Part shown: positions 10,032 to 21,079 of the stretch, piece by piece | Numbering within the stretch: position 1 is the first letter of the stretch | How the letters are laid out: the number at the start of each line of letters is the position of its first letter | Source of the DNA: an uncultured Actinomycetota bacterium | GTDB taxonomy: Bacteria; Actinomycetota; Humimicrobiia; Humimicrobiales; Humimicrobiaceae | Assembly: GCA_964517765.1 (NCBI GenBank) | Contig: CAZFEN010000002.1 | Span: forward strand, 7,568-71,567 | DNA: 64,000 nt | Direction of reading: 5' to 3' | Made by a program: the position numbers and the translations under genes | The notes under the pieces: generated by a model | What the model was told of the DNA's origin: nothing | What the model saw: only the letters and a program-made list of their open reading frames with translations | The model's database searches: none

Positions 10032-10054
10032 ATTAATAATCGGAAGGTATTTAT

Positions 10055-11113
10055 ATGAAAAATAAAATAAAAGCTGGAATAGTTGGTGGCTCAGGTTTTA
10101 CCGGGTTTGAACTTGTGAAAATATTGAGCAGGCATAAATATGTCGATATTAGTTTTGTAACATCAAGGACATATAAAAATCTATCTATCTGTGAGGTTTT
10201 CCCGGCGTTCAATGATAGAAAGGATGAAAAAATTACTTTTATCGACGAAGCCAAAGAAGACAATTTAAAGGGTATCGATATTATATTTTTGTGTCTTCCT
10301 CCTTTTAAATCAATGGAGTATCTGAAAGGGATATCCGGAGATTATTCTTTTAAAGTAATAGATCTGGGATCGGATTTCAGATTAAAAAATCCCGTTGATT
10401 ACAAATACTGGTACGGAACGGAACATATAATGAAAGAAATACTTTCTGATTTTATATATGGTCTTCCTGAAATAAATAAAGAGAAGATAAAACTGAGTAA
10501 ATATGTCGCAAATCCCGGATGTTATCCTACTTCTATCCTGTTGGGGCTCGCACCGCTTATAAAAAATGATATTAACATGATAGATATTTACATTGACTCA
10601 AAGTCAGGAATAAGCGGTGCCGGAAGGAAATTAAAGGAAGAGTACCTTTTTACCAGCATGGATAATAATTTTTATGCCTATTCTACCGTTGGGCACAGGC
10701 ATATCGGAGAAATAGAACAGGAATTAGAAAATATTTCCGGAAAGAAATTTAAAGTAAGCTTTACGCCTCATCTTCTTCCTGTCAGCAGGGGTATTTTTAC
10801 ATCCATATATTGCAAAATTGGTAATTCCGTAGAAAGCAACATGGAAGAGGAAATATACTACCTGTTTGAAAAGTTTTGCAAGGACCTGCCATTTGTAAAA
10901 TTTACAGGTACCGAGATGCCGCAATTAAAAGATGCTGTCGGAACAAATATGTGTCTTGTTAGCTTCGGTTTTGATGAAAGGACAGGCACATTAAAAATAT
11001 TCAGTGTATTGGACAATCTTTTAAAGGGTGCCGCCGGTCAGGCCGTGCAGAATATGAATATAATGATGGAATTCGAAGAAAAAGAAGGATTGGATTTTAA
11101 CGGAATATTTTAA
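10055..11113 (+). CDS. argC: N-acetyl-gamma-glutamyl-phosphate reductase
   Basis: GIVGGSGFTGFEL NAD-binding motif; catalytic Cys in ANPGCYPTS. Confidence 0.9.
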   Translation: MKNKIKAGIVGGSGFTGFELVKILSRHKYVDISFVTSRTYKNLSICEVFPAFNDRKDEKITFIDEAKEDNLKGIDIIFLCLPPFKSMEYLKGISGDYSFKVIDLGSDFRLKNPVDYKYWYGTEHIMKEILSDFIYGLPEINKEKIKLSKYVANPGCYPTSILLGLAPLIKNDINMIDIYIDSKSGISGAGRKLKEEYLFTSMDNNFYAYSTVGHRHIGEIEQELENISGKKFKVSFTPHLLPVSRGIFTSIYCKIGNSVESNMEEEIYYLFEKFCKDLPFVKFTGTEMPQLKDAVGTNMCLVSFGFDERTGTLKIFSVLDNLLKGAAGQAVQNMNIMMEFEEKEGLDFNGIF

Positions 11114-11142
11114 AGATAAACCACTTTTAAAAGAGATTAAAA

Positions 11143-12387
11143 ATGGAAAGTAATTTAAATAAAAAAAACATGGATTTTGATATTATAGAAAACGGAGGCA
11201 TAACCAGCGTTCCGGGATTTTATGCCTCAGCATGTCACTGTGGTTTAAAAAGTTCGGGGAAACCGGATATATGTATAATTTATTCTCCCGAAGGCAGTGT
11301 CTGCAGTGGAATATTTACTAAAAATAAGTTTCAGGCTGCACCTGTTACAGTCACAAAGCAGCAGCTTAAAAAAACAAGAAATATCAAAGCCATTATAATA
11401 AACAGTGGAGTTGCCAATGCCTGTAACGGAAAGAAGGGATATGAGAATGCTTTAAAAACTATAGATATTGCAGTGCATCAACTTGATATCGATAAAAAAA
11501 ATATACTTATTTCATCTACGGGAGTGATAGGGAAGCAGCTTCCAATGGATAAAATAGAAAAAGGCATCAGTAAATGTGCCGGTAAATTAAGCCCCGTTGG
11601 TGGGCATAATGCAGCTGAAGCAATACTTACCACAGACCTTGTCACAAAAGAGATAGCAGTTAAAATCAAAACCGCGTCCGGTGAAGATATAGTAATAGGC
11701 GGTATGGCAAAAGGTTCGGGTATGATAGAACCAGATATGGCTACCCTGCTGGTTTTTATAACCACAAATATAAAAATTTCAGGCAAGCTGCTTGATAGCC
11801 TTCTTCTTGAAGAAGCCGCTAAAAGTTTTAACCGTATAACAGTGGATGGTTGCCAGAGCACAAACGATATGGCAATAGTCATGGCAAATTCAAAAAGCAA
11901 TGTTGTCCTGGATAATAAAACAAGTAAATATTACAAAGAATTCGTAAATGCTTTTTCTTATGTAATGCAGGATCTTGCAAGGAAAATAGTTCTGGACGGA
12001 GAAGGAGCAACCAAACTTATAGAAATAAAGATTGTAAATGCAAAGAAAAAAGCAGATGCAAAAATGCTTGCATTTAAAATTGCAAACTCTAATTTGTTTA
12101 AAGCAGCCATGTTCGGTCAGGACCTTAACTGGGGAAGGATGAACTCTGCACTTGGTTCGGCAGGGTGTGATTTTGATCCTGATAAAGTCAGTATTTATAT
12201 GGAAGATGTCCTGGTCGTAAAAAACGGTATGGGAGTGGATTTTGACAGGAAGCATGCAGATAAAATCATGAAAGAAAAAGAAATAAAATTTACCGTGGAT
12301 CTTAACTCCGGTAATGAGGGATTCAATGTTCTAACCACAGATCTATCAATTGATTATGTAAAGATAAACGCTTTATACCGGACATGA
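11143..12387 (+). CDS. argJ: Bifunctional glutamate N-acetyltransferase / amino-acid acetyltransferase
   Basis: ArgJ fold with the autoproteolysis site ATLL (…DMATLLVFITTN). Confidence 0.9.
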   Translation: MESNLNKKNMDFDIIENGGITSVPGFYASACHCGLKSSGKPDICIIYSPEGSVCSGIFTKNKFQAAPVTVTKQQLKKTRNIKAIIINSGVANACNGKKGYENALKTIDIAVHQLDIDKKNILISSTGVIGKQLPMDKIEKGISKCAGKLSPVGGHNAAEAILTTDLVTKEIAVKIKTASGEDIVIGGMAKGSGMIEPDMATLLVFITTNIKISGKLLDSLLLEEAAKSFNRITVDGCQSTNDMAIVMANSKSNVVLDNKTSKYYKEFVNAFSYVMQDLARKIVLDGEGATKLIEIKIVNAKKKADAKMLAFKIANSNLFKAAMFGQDLNWGRMNSALGSAGCDFDPDKVSIYMEDVLVVKNGMGVDFDRKHADKIMKEKEIKFTVDLNSGNEGFNVLTTDLSIDYVKINALYRT

Positions 12388-12436
12388 TAATAAACCGGTT
12401 ATCATCAAAAAGAGAATTTGAGGAGAAATAAATAAA

Positions 12437-13357
12437 ATGGCTCATGCAAAGGTAAGCAAAGGAAAAGAAGAAACCGAGTTATACACAAATAAAGTAGAGG
12501 TATTGCTTGAATCATTGCCTTACATAAAAGAATATTCCGATAGAATAGTTGTAGTAAAAATAGGCGGCAGTATGATGGAAAATGACAGTGTTATTCAGAG
12601 CGTATTGAATGATTTGATCCTTATGAAATATGTTGGAATAAAAGTGGTTCTTATTCATGGAGGCGGAAAACAGATCAGCGAGATGTCATCAGAAAAAGGA
12701 ATAAAACCTGAATTTGTTGACGGATTAAGAGTAACTAACAGGGATTCGATAGAAATCGTAAAGATGGTCCTTATTGGCAACATAAACACGAAGATAGTGT
12801 CTTTTCTCAATGAGCATGGAAGTATTGCTATGGGGATATCGGGAAATGATGCAAGTTTTATCAAATGCCATAAAAAAGAATATAAAAAAGATGGGAAAGA
12901 TATAGATCTGGGATTTGTGGGAGAAATAGACAGTATTAATTCAGACTTTTTGAATAGTATCCTGGACAGTGGTTATATACCGGTTATTGCCACACTGGGA
13001 GTGGATGATAAAGGTAATATATATAATATCAACGCCGATACATGTGCTGCAGAGATCGCAGTTTCACTTAATGCAAAAAAAATGATCCTGCTGACGGATG
13101 TGGATGGCATTATGGAAAAAAGCAATAAAGGAAATAAATTGATATCAAAATTGACTGTGAAACAATGTGCAAAGTTACTTGAATCGGGAAAAATAAATTC
13201 AGGTATGATTCCCAAAGTGATTGCCTGCATAAATGCCTTAAAATCAGGAGGGGAAAGGACCCATATACTTAATGGAATCAAAAAACATTCAATACTTGTA
13301 GAAATATTTACTGATGCCGGTATTGGTACAATGATAACCAGTAAGGAGGCTGAATGA
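12437..13357 (+). CDS. argB: Acetylglutamate kinase
   Basis: Amino-acid kinase family, VVVKIGGS N-terminal motif. Confidence 0.9.
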   Translation: MAHAKVSKGKEETELYTNKVEVLLESLPYIKEYSDRIVVVKIGGSMMENDSVIQSVLNDLILMKYVGIKVVLIHGGGKQISEMSSEKGIKPEFVDGLRVTNRDSIEIVKMVLIGNINTKIVSFLNEHGSIAMGISGNDASFIKCHKKEYKKDGKDIDLGFVGEIDSINSDFLNSILDSGYIPVIATLGVDDKGNIYNINADTCAAEIAVSLNAKKMILLTDVDGIMEKSNKGNKLISKLTVKQCAKLLESGKINSGMIPKVIACINALKSGGERTHILNGIKKHSILVEIFTDAGIGTMITSKEAE

Positions 13358-14559
13358 ACATGGTAAAAAATAATGAAATATTTGAAATGGGCAGCAAGTA
13401 TTTGATGTCGACTTACAGCAGATTACCTGTTGTATTTGCAAAATCCAAAATGCAGTATCTCTGGGATGTAGAAGGTAACAAATACCTCGATTTCATAGCA
13501 GGTTACGGATGTTTGAATGTTGGTCACAGCAATAGATCTGTAGTAAATGCGATTAACAAGCAGGTGGAAAAAATAATTCAGCCTTCAAATGTTTATTATA
13601 ACCAGCCCCAGGTAATGCTTGCTAAAAAATTATGTGAGATTACCGGATTCGGGGAAAAGGTATTCTTTGCCAACAGCGGTGCAGAATCCATAGAGGGAGC
13701 AATAAAACTTGCAAGAAAATATTCTACGGATAATTACAGTTCTTTACGATATGAGGTAATAACATTTAAAAGGGCCTTCCATGGAAGGACCCTCGGTGCG
13801 CTGGCAGCCACTGCACAAATTGAAAAACAAAAGTTATTCGAGCCGCTGCTTACAGGGTTCAAATATGCTGTATTTAATGATATTAATTCCGTAAAGGAGC
13901 TCATAAGTGAAAATACATGTGCTGTTATTATCGAACCTATCCAGGGAGAAGGAGGAGTTTATCCTGCAGATAAAGAATTCATGAAGGAACTGAGGAACTT
14001 GTGCGATAAAAAAAATACACTCCTCATACTGGATGAAATACAGACTGGATTTGGCAGAACAGGACATATGTTTGCATATCAAAATTACGGAATATACCCC
14101 GATATACTGGCAGTTGCCAAGAGTCTTGGCGGGGGAATGCCCATAGGGGCAATTATTTCCACAGATAAGATAAGCTCCAGTTTCGTACCCGGTACCCATG
14201 GTTCTACTTTTGGCGGTAATATGGCTTCATGTGAGGCAGGACTGGCCGTACTTGACTATTTAATAGATAATAAATTGGCCGAAAGGTCAAAAAAACTTGG
14301 CCAGTATTTCATGAAAAAATTAATACAGACAAAAAAGAAATATCCGGTTGTAAAGGATATAAGGGGAACAGGTCTTATGATCGGAATGGAATTCAATGAA
14401 CCAGTTGCAGAAAAAATTGTACTGGATGCCCTTAAAGATAAACTGGTCCTAAATAAAATATCAGTAAATACTTTAAGGTTTCTACCTTCCCTTGTGATAA
14501 CAAAAAAGAATATAGATACACTTGTAAAGTGGCTGGATGCAAAAATAAAGGAGATATGA
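13354..14559 (+). CDS. argD: Acetylornithine aminotransferase (class III PLP aminotransferase)
   Basis: Class III aminotransferase motifs (GHSN, DEIQTGFGRTG, PLP lysine in AKSLGGG). Confidence 0.9.
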   Translation: MNMVKNNEIFEMGSKYLMSTYSRLPVVFAKSKMQYLWDVEGNKYLDFIAGYGCLNVGHSNRSVVNAINKQVEKIIQPSNVYYNQPQVMLAKKLCEITGFGEKVFFANSGAESIEGAIKLARKYSTDNYSSLRYEVITFKRAFHGRTLGALAATAQIEKQKLFEPLLTGFKYAVFNDINSVKELISENTCAVIIEPIQGEGGVYPADKEFMKELRNLCDKKNTLLILDEIQTGFGRTGHMFAYQNYGIYPDILAVAKSLGGGMPIGAIISTDKISSSFVPGTHGSTFGGNMASCEAGLAVLDYLIDNKLAERSKKLGQYFMKKLIQTKKKYPVVKDIRGTGLMIGMEFNEPVAEKIVLDALKDKLVLNKISVNTLRFLPSLVITKKNIDTLVKWLDAKIKEI

Positions 14560-14560
14560 G

Positions 14561-15469
14561 ATGAAAAGGGATTTTTTGACATTAAAAGATTATTCAGGGG
14601 ATGAAATCGAACACATACTTGAACTTTCACAATTGATTAAGAAAGATAAAAGTAAATATGGAAATTTTCTTGATGGTAAGAACATTGCAATGCTGTTCGA
14701 TAAGCATTCAACCAGAACCAGGATCTCTTTTGAAGCCGGTATAAATCAACTTGGCGGGAAGGCACTGATACTGGATTCTAAAAGTCTACAATTGGACCGT
14801 GGAGAGACCTATAAGGACACGGCGGAAATATTTTCTCTTTACGTTGATGGTGTTATTATAAGGACCTTTAAACAGGAAACTGTAGAAATTTTTGCAAAGT
14901 ATGGGAACATTCCTGTAATAAACGGACTTACGGATAAGTATCATCCATGCCAGATACTGGCTGATATGTTGACTTTAAAGGAAATGGGACTTCTGAATAA
15001 GGAGCTGAAATTTACATATATGGGGGATAGTAACAACGTAACAAACAGCCTGATTATCGGATTTTCAAAACTGGGGATTGGTATAACAATTGGGAGTCCT
15101 GAAAAATATTCCCCTTCCAATGAAATACTGGAATATGCAATGAACCAGAAAGATGGAATCAAAATAAAAGTTACGCATGATCCTGTAGAAGCAGTAAAGG
15201 ATGCGGATGTTGTTTATTCGGATGTCTGGTTAAGCATGGGAGATGGAATGGATAATAATAAACTAAAGGAGCTTAAAAATTATCAGGTTAATTCAGGTCT
15301 TCTTGCGAATGCAAAAAAAGAAGTAAAGATAATGCACTGCCTGCCCGCGCACAGGGATCAGGAAATATCTTCGGAAGTCCTGGATGGGAAAAATTCAGTT
15401 GTTTTACAGCAGGCTGAAAATCGCATACATGCCCAGAAGGGGCTGCTTGTCTATTTGTATAAAAATTAA
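14561..15469 (+). CDS. argF: Ornithine carbamoyltransferase
   Basis: STRTRISFE carbamoyl-phosphate motif, HPCQ and HCLP motifs. Confidence 0.9.
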   Translation: MKRDFLTLKDYSGDEIEHILELSQLIKKDKSKYGNFLDGKNIAMLFDKHSTRTRISFEAGINQLGGKALILDSKSLQLDRGETYKDTAEIFSLYVDGVIIRTFKQETVEIFAKYGNIPVINGLTDKYHPCQILADMLTLKEMGLLNKELKFTYMGDSNNVTNSLIIGFSKLGIGITIGSPEKYSPSNEILEYAMNQKDGIKIKVTHDPVEAVKDADVVYSDVWLSMGDGMDNNKLKELKNYQVNSGLLANAKKEVKIMHCLPAHRDQEISSEVLDGKNSVVLQQAENRIHAQKGLLVYLYKN

Positions 15470-15514
15470 ATAAAAGTATTATTTTATTAAAATATTTAAA
15501 GGTAAGATATTGAA

Positions 15515-15973
15515 ATGAAAAGAACCGAAAGGCTGAGAGCAATAAAAGAAATAATAAGCAGTAAGAAGATCTCTTCCCAGGAAGATCTGCTAAACGAGCT
15601 TAAAAAAAGAGGTTATGATGTGACACAGTCAACAATTTCAAGGGATTTTAATGAGTTGAGACTGGCAAAGACCAGAAATTACCTGGAAGAGGAGTATTAT
15701 TCCATCGAAAGTATAACACATGAGGGAAAGGTTATTGATCCTGTTAAATTTAAAACAAAATTAAAAGAAAGTGTTTTATTGGTTAAAAGAGCGGAAAATA
15801 TAATCGTGCTGCGTACTTTCCCCGGAGAGGCTCAGGGAACAGCAGCAATAATAGATGGCATGAACTTTGTAGAAATACTTGGTACGGTAGCGGGAGATGA
15901 TACTATAATATGTATTGCAGACAACCAGAAAAATGCTGAAAAGATATTTGAAATGATGCAGAAACAGTTTTAG
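15515..15973 (+). CDS. argR: Arginine repressor
   Basis: N-terminal winged helix (DVTQSTISRDFNEL) plus a C-terminal arginine-binding/oligomerisation domain (GTVAGDDTI). Confidence 0.9.
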   Translation: MKRTERLRAIKEIISSKKISSQEDLLNELKKRGYDVTQSTISRDFNELRLAKTRNYLEEEYYSIESITHEGKVIDPVKFKTKLKESVLLVKRAENIIVLRTFPGEAQGTAAIIDGMNFVEILGTVAGDDTIICIADNQKNAEKIFEMMQKQF

Positions 15974-16039
15974 CCCCTGCTGTTTAATAATTTAATATGA
16001 ATTTGATTATTATTGTAAATATATGAAAGGAACAAACAA

Positions 16040-17239
16040 ATGAGCGGTAAAGTAGTGCTGGCCTACTCAGGCGGACTCGATACCTCTATTTCGATAAAAT
16101 GGATAAAAGAAAAATACGACATGGATGTGGTTGCCGTACTTGTTGATTGCGGTCAGCAGGAGGATTTAAAAGAAATTTACAGCAAGGCACTTAAGATAGG
16201 TGCTAAAAAATCAGTTATAGTCGATGCAAAAGACGAGTTTATAAAAAATTTTATTTTTCCATCCATAAAGGCCAATCTAAAGTATGAAAAGAAGTATCCT
16301 CTGGCCACGGCACTTGCCAGGCCTCTTATTGTTAAAAAATTGGTGGATGTTGCAAGGAAAGAAGGAGCAAATGCAGTTGCTCATGGCTGTACTGCCAAAG
16401 GTAATGACCAGGTACGTTTTGATGTCGGTATCAGAAGTCTTGCGCCTGAACTTAAGATCATCGCACCACAGAGAGAATGGATAATATCAAGGGAAGAAGC
16501 GCTTGAATATGCAAAAAAATGTAAAATCAAGGTAAATGTCACAAAAGATAATCCTTACAGCATAGACGAAAATCTATGGGGGAGGAGCATCGAGTGCGGT
16601 ATTCTTGAAGATCCGTGGAATGAACCGCCTGATGATATTTATAAATGGACGAAAATAACCAAAAAAGAAAAAGAAAACGAGTATATTGAAATAGGATTCG
16701 AAAAAGGTATACCGGTTTCCCTGAACAATAAAAATATTTCTCCTGCAGAAATAATAAAATCGTTAAATAAAACAGCAGGTTCCTATGGAATCGGAAGAAT
16801 CGATATGATAGAAAACAGGCTGATCGGTATAAAATCAAGGGAGATATATGAATCACCGGCAGCAGAAGTACTTATCGAATCTCATATGCAATTGGAATCT
16901 CTGATACTTGACCGGGAACTTGTTCATTATAAATATGGTCTGGAAGAAAAATTTGCCGAGCTTGTTTATTATGGATTATGGTTTACTCCGCTAAAGGATT
17001 GTATTTGTGCATTTATGGATAAGAGTCAGAATTTTGTAACAGGTACCGTAAGAATTAAATTTGAAAACAAGCATTTTGAAATTGTGGGAAGAAAATCCGA
17101 TTATTCATTATATGATATGGATCTTGCCACTTATGATAAGGGTGATAAATTCGATCCGTCTCATTCTGAAAGTTTTATAAAATTATGGGGCTATACATAT
17201 GAAATTTTAGCAAAAAAGGGAAGAATCAATGGAAAATAA
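16040..17239 (+). CDS. argG: Argininosuccinate synthase
   Basis: AYSGGLDTS PP-loop. Confidence 0.9.
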   Translation: MSGKVVLAYSGGLDTSISIKWIKEKYDMDVVAVLVDCGQQEDLKEIYSKALKIGAKKSVIVDAKDEFIKNFIFPSIKANLKYEKKYPLATALARPLIVKKLVDVARKEGANAVAHGCTAKGNDQVRFDVGIRSLAPELKIIAPQREWIISREEALEYAKKCKIKVNVTKDNPYSIDENLWGRSIECGILEDPWNEPPDDIYKWTKITKKEKENEYIEIGFEKGIPVSLNNKNISPAEIIKSLNKTAGSYGIGRIDMIENRLIGIKSREIYESPAAEVLIESHMQLESLILDRELVHYKYGLEEKFAELVYYGLWFTPLKDCICAFMDKSQNFVTGTVRIKFENKHFEIVGRKSDYSLYDMDLATYDKGDKFDPSHSESFIKLWGYTYEILAKKGRINGK

Positions 17240-18674
17240 AATATGGAAGGGAAGGATATCTAAAAATACAGATGAAGCAGTCGATAAATTCACTTCATCC
17301 ATAAACATAGATAAGGAACTTTATCTGTATGATATAACAGGAACTGCTGCTCATGTGATGGGACTCAATAAAATCGGAATTATAACTGATGTGGAGCTCA
17401 AGAAAATCATGACTGGACTTAAAAAAGTAAAAAAGAACATAGAGACAGGTCAGGTGGATACAGCCGCATATGAAGATATTCACAGTCTGGTTGAAAATGA
17501 GCTTGGTAAAATAATAGGCGACATAGCTATGAAAATCCATACCGGGAGAAGCAGGAACGATCAGGTAGTGCTGGATGAAAAACTTTTTATAAAAGAGATA
17601 ATAATCGACTTATTAAATAAAATAATAGTACTGCAGAAAAACATCTTAGATATTTCTATGAAATCTACTGATATAATAATGCCTGCCTACACTCATATGC
17701 AAAAAGCCCAACCTGTCCTGCTTTCGCATTATATGATGTCTTATTTTCAAAATTTTGATAGAGATAAAGAAAGTTTTTTCAATGATTTCGAAGGCATTGA
17801 TTTTCTTCCGCTGGGAGCTGCAGCCTGTGCAGGCAGCGGATACAATCTTGATAGAAAATTTATAAAAAAAATTCTTGGTTTCAAGTATCTTGATTCAAAC
17901 AGCATGGATACTGTCGGAAACAGGGATTTTATAATGGATTTCATATATTCCTGCTGTAAGACAATGCTGCATTTAAGCAGGTTTTGCGAGGATCTCATTA
18001 TATACAATACAGGTGAATTTTCTTTTATCGAAATAGATGAATCTTTCTGTACGGGAAGCAGCATAATGCCGCAAAAAAAGAATCCGGATATCCTTGAACT
18101 GATAAGGGGTAAAAGTTCGGTTGTAACGGGCAATTTACTTCAATCAGCCATACTGCTAAAAGGCTTGCCCTCAACATATAACCGGGATCTTCAGGAAGAT
18201 AAAAAAATATTATTCAGCGCTTACCGGGAAACATCTTCAAGTATTGAAATATTTTCAAAATTACTTGAAAAAATAAAATTCAATACTGCAAAAATCGCTG
18301 TTTCCCTTAATGATAGTTTCATAGAAGCTACCGATATAGCAGATTATCTTGTCAAAAAAGGTGAAAGTTTCAGGAGGGCACATAATATCGTAGGGAAAAT
18401 CGTAAAATATTGCATAGATAAAAAAATAACTATAAATGACTTAAAACTTGATAAACTTAAAGGTTATTCAGCTTGCTTTGGAAACGATATATATGAATAT
18501 GCAAATATAAAATCATGCATATCCAATAAAAAAACAGACTGCGGAACCTCAAAAAAACAGGTAATTTTAAGTATCGAATCGTCAATTAAAAATATAAAAA
18601 GCTCCGAGCTGGGATTAAAAAAACTTAAAGAAAGAATTGCTGATTTTAATAAAATCCTAAAATATATCAAATAA
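17229..18674 (+). CDS. argH: Argininosuccinate lyase
   Basis: Fumarate-lyase family (…GSSIMPQKKNPD signature). Confidence 0.9.
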   Translation: MENKIWKGRISKNTDEAVDKFTSSINIDKELYLYDITGTAAHVMGLNKIGIITDVELKKIMTGLKKVKKNIETGQVDTAAYEDIHSLVENELGKIIGDIAMKIHTGRSRNDQVVLDEKLFIKEIIIDLLNKIIVLQKNILDISMKSTDIIMPAYTHMQKAQPVLLSHYMMSYFQNFDRDKESFFNDFEGIDFLPLGAAACAGSGYNLDRKFIKKILGFKYLDSNSMDTVGNRDFIMDFIYSCCKTMLHLSRFCEDLIIYNTGEFSFIEIDESFCTGSSIMPQKKNPDILELIRGKSSVVTGNLLQSAILLKGLPSTYNRDLQEDKKILFSAYRETSSSIEIFSKLLEKIKFNTAKIAVSLNDSFIEATDIADYLVKKGESFRRAHNIVGKIVKYCIDKKITINDLKLDKLKGYSACFGNDIYEYANIKSCISNKKTDCGTSKKQVILSIESSIKNIKSSELGLKKLKERIADFNKILKYIK

Positions 18675-18700
18675 ATTAAATCCATTTCTTATTTCTTAAA

Positions 18701-21016
18701 GTGAAAAAAACCACAGGAAAAATCGAACTTACTGCTCCCGCAGGAGGATGGAGCCAATTAATTGCAGCAATTAATGCGGGTGCCGATTCGGTTTATCTGG
18801 GATATAAAAAATTCGGTGCCAGGGCCTATGCTGAAAATTTTGATATGGGTCAAATAAAAAAAGCGGTAAATCTTGCGCATAATAATAATATAAAAGTATA
18901 TCTTACATTAAATACACTGGTAAAAAATAATGAAATAAAAGAAGTAATAAATTTTTTAAGCGTATATACCAGAATATGCTCCGATGGGATAATAATCCAG
19001 GATTACGGTATATATAAATTGATCAGGGATCTTTTTAAATCAATACCGGTTCACGCCAGTACCCAGCTGAATATACATAATATTTACTCATTAAAATTAT
19101 TGAACCGTCTTGGATTTAAAAGAACCGTACTTGCCAGAGAAATGACCCTGAGTGAAATTAATAATCTAACAGAAAAAAAATTAATGGAAATAGAAGTATT
19201 CGGGCATGGTTCCCAGTGCTATTCATACTCCGGAAGCTGTTATTTAAGCTCTTTTATTGGGGGAAGAAGCGGCAACAGGGGGAAGTGTACACAGCCCTGC
19301 AGGATGAAATATAAACTTCTGAAAAAAGACGAAGATAAGTACATCTATGTTATCGCAGATGGAAGTTACTTATTAAGCAAAAGTGATCTGTGTATTCTTG
19401 ATTTAATACCTGAGATTGTTAGAACAGGAATAGATGCCCTTAAAATAGAGGGGAGGATGAAGTCTCCCGAATATGTGGGAATCGTTACTAAAATTTATAG
19501 AAAATATATAGATCTTTATTACTCTGATCCTTTAAATTATAAAGTAGATGAATCGGACATTTATAAACTCACCCAGATATTTTCAAGAGAATTGGGTCCT
19601 GGTTATTTTAAAGAGATGTATCCTCCGGATATAATATCACCGAATAAGTCAGGAAGTATTGGAAATTTTTTGGGAAGAGTTTACGGAATCGATCAGGAGG
19701 GCAGCGGCAACAAAAAAGTAAAATTTATTTATATAAAAAGCAGATGGGAAATAAATAACGGCGATATTATAGAAATCTGGACCAGATCCGGAAACACCAG
19801 AATAAATGTGAGAGATTTTAAATTATTGGATAAAAATGATAAGTATTATAAATATAAGATTATAGTCGACAGTATAAGCAAAATCAGTGAAAAAGATAGA
19901 GTTTTTAAATATTTCGACATAAAGATCAACGGTGAGGCTCGATCTCTATTAAAATATGATTCCGGTAAAGTAAGAACAAAAACATCACCCACAGCAAGCG
20001 GCCAGAATGTCAAAGATGAAACTATAGTAGAAAACTATTTAAATAAATTTTTACCCGAATATGACAAAACATCTGTAGAAAAGAATAAAGATAAATTAAC
20101 AATATCAACTTGTATATATGATCATGAATATATCGAATCCGCTATTCAAAACGGTACGGACCATGTGATTTATAATGATTTTAAAGAACTGGTAAAAGAC
20201 AGCGGAATTGAAAGCAGCATAATTAAATCATTAGAAAAATATAGTAATTCAAAATACATTAATGTAACAGTAGGGACTCCTTACATCATGTATGACAGCG
20301 ATTTTAAATCGATAGAAAAAAATATTTTAAATCTACTGGAACATGGAATAAACAATTATAAAATATCAAATCCGGCATTATTGGAACTATTCAACGAAAT
20401 AGGTAATCGGGGTAACCATGATATCGGAGTTTATCTGGGCTTTGATTTCAATCTGTTTAACACTCTATCGTTTATTTTTTTCAATGATCTTATAGGTGAG
20501 AACAACCTTTTAAAAGGAATAGAGTTTTCTCCCGAGTTAAACCTTGAAGAAATTTTTAAAATAAAATCGGATACAATAAATTTCTATAAAGGTAAAAAAA
20601 ATCCGGAGTTTTCTATTTACGGTCAAGGTTATTTCCGGATTATTAGTTCAAGATATAAATTGAAATTTCTGACCGGTAATTCAAACGATAACCATTTCTA
20701 TATAGAGGACATAAAGGGTTACAGGTTCAGAATCGCGTCTGATTATAATGATAATATGATGATATTTAACTCAAGAAATATATGCACCTTATTCGATCTT
20801 GATAAAATAAAAAAAAGCGGCATCAATAATATTATCCTTGATAGCAGATTTTATGAAAAAAAAGATTTCGATAGGATAATTAAAAATTATAGAGAAGCAA
20901 TAAAAATATTAGAAGAAGATGGCGTCGAAAAATACAAATTCTTTACTTCAAAACTTGAGAATGACAGCCTTTTTAAAAATTATTCTAAAGGGCATTTACT
21001 GCGAGGAGTCCAGTAA
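18701..21016 (+). CDS. Peptidase U32 family protein, 771 aa with a long C-terminal extension
   Basis: N-terminal ELTAPAGGW…GADSVYLG U32 signature. GTG start. A second TIM-like half (DHEYIESAIQNGTDHVIY) suggests internal duplication. Confidence 0.8.
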   Translation: MKKTTGKIELTAPAGGWSQLIAAINAGADSVYLGYKKFGARAYAENFDMGQIKKAVNLAHNNNIKVYLTLNTLVKNNEIKEVINFLSVYTRICSDGIIIQDYGIYKLIRDLFKSIPVHASTQLNIHNIYSLKLLNRLGFKRTVLAREMTLSEINNLTEKKLMEIEVFGHGSQCYSYSGSCYLSSFIGGRSGNRGKCTQPCRMKYKLLKKDEDKYIYVIADGSYLLSKSDLCILDLIPEIVRTGIDALKIEGRMKSPEYVGIVTKIYRKYIDLYYSDPLNYKVDESDIYKLTQIFSRELGPGYFKEMYPPDIISPNKSGSIGNFLGRVYGIDQEGSGNKKVKFIYIKSRWEINNGDIIEIWTRSGNTRINVRDFKLLDKNDKYYKYKIIVDSISKISEKDRVFKYFDIKINGEARSLLKYDSGKVRTKTSPTASGQNVKDETIVENYLNKFLPEYDKTSVEKNKDKLTISTCIYDHEYIESAIQNGTDHVIYNDFKELVKDSGIESSIIKSLEKYSNSKYINVTVGTPYIMYDSDFKSIEKNILNLLEHGINNYKISNPALLELFNEIGNRGNHDIGVYLGFDFNLFNTLSFIFFNDLIGENNLLKGIEFSPELNLEEIFKIKSDTINFYKGKKNPEFSIYGQGYFRIISSRYKLKFLTGNSNDNHFYIEDIKGYRFRIASDYNDNMMIFNSRNICTLFDLDKIKKSGINNIILDSRFYEKKDFDRIIKNYREAIKILEEDGVEKYKFFTSKLENDSLFKNYSKGHLLRGVQ

Positions 21017-21079
21017 AATAATCAATCCGGCTTTATTATTTAAATTATAATGTTATATAAAGTATAAAGCCATATAGTC

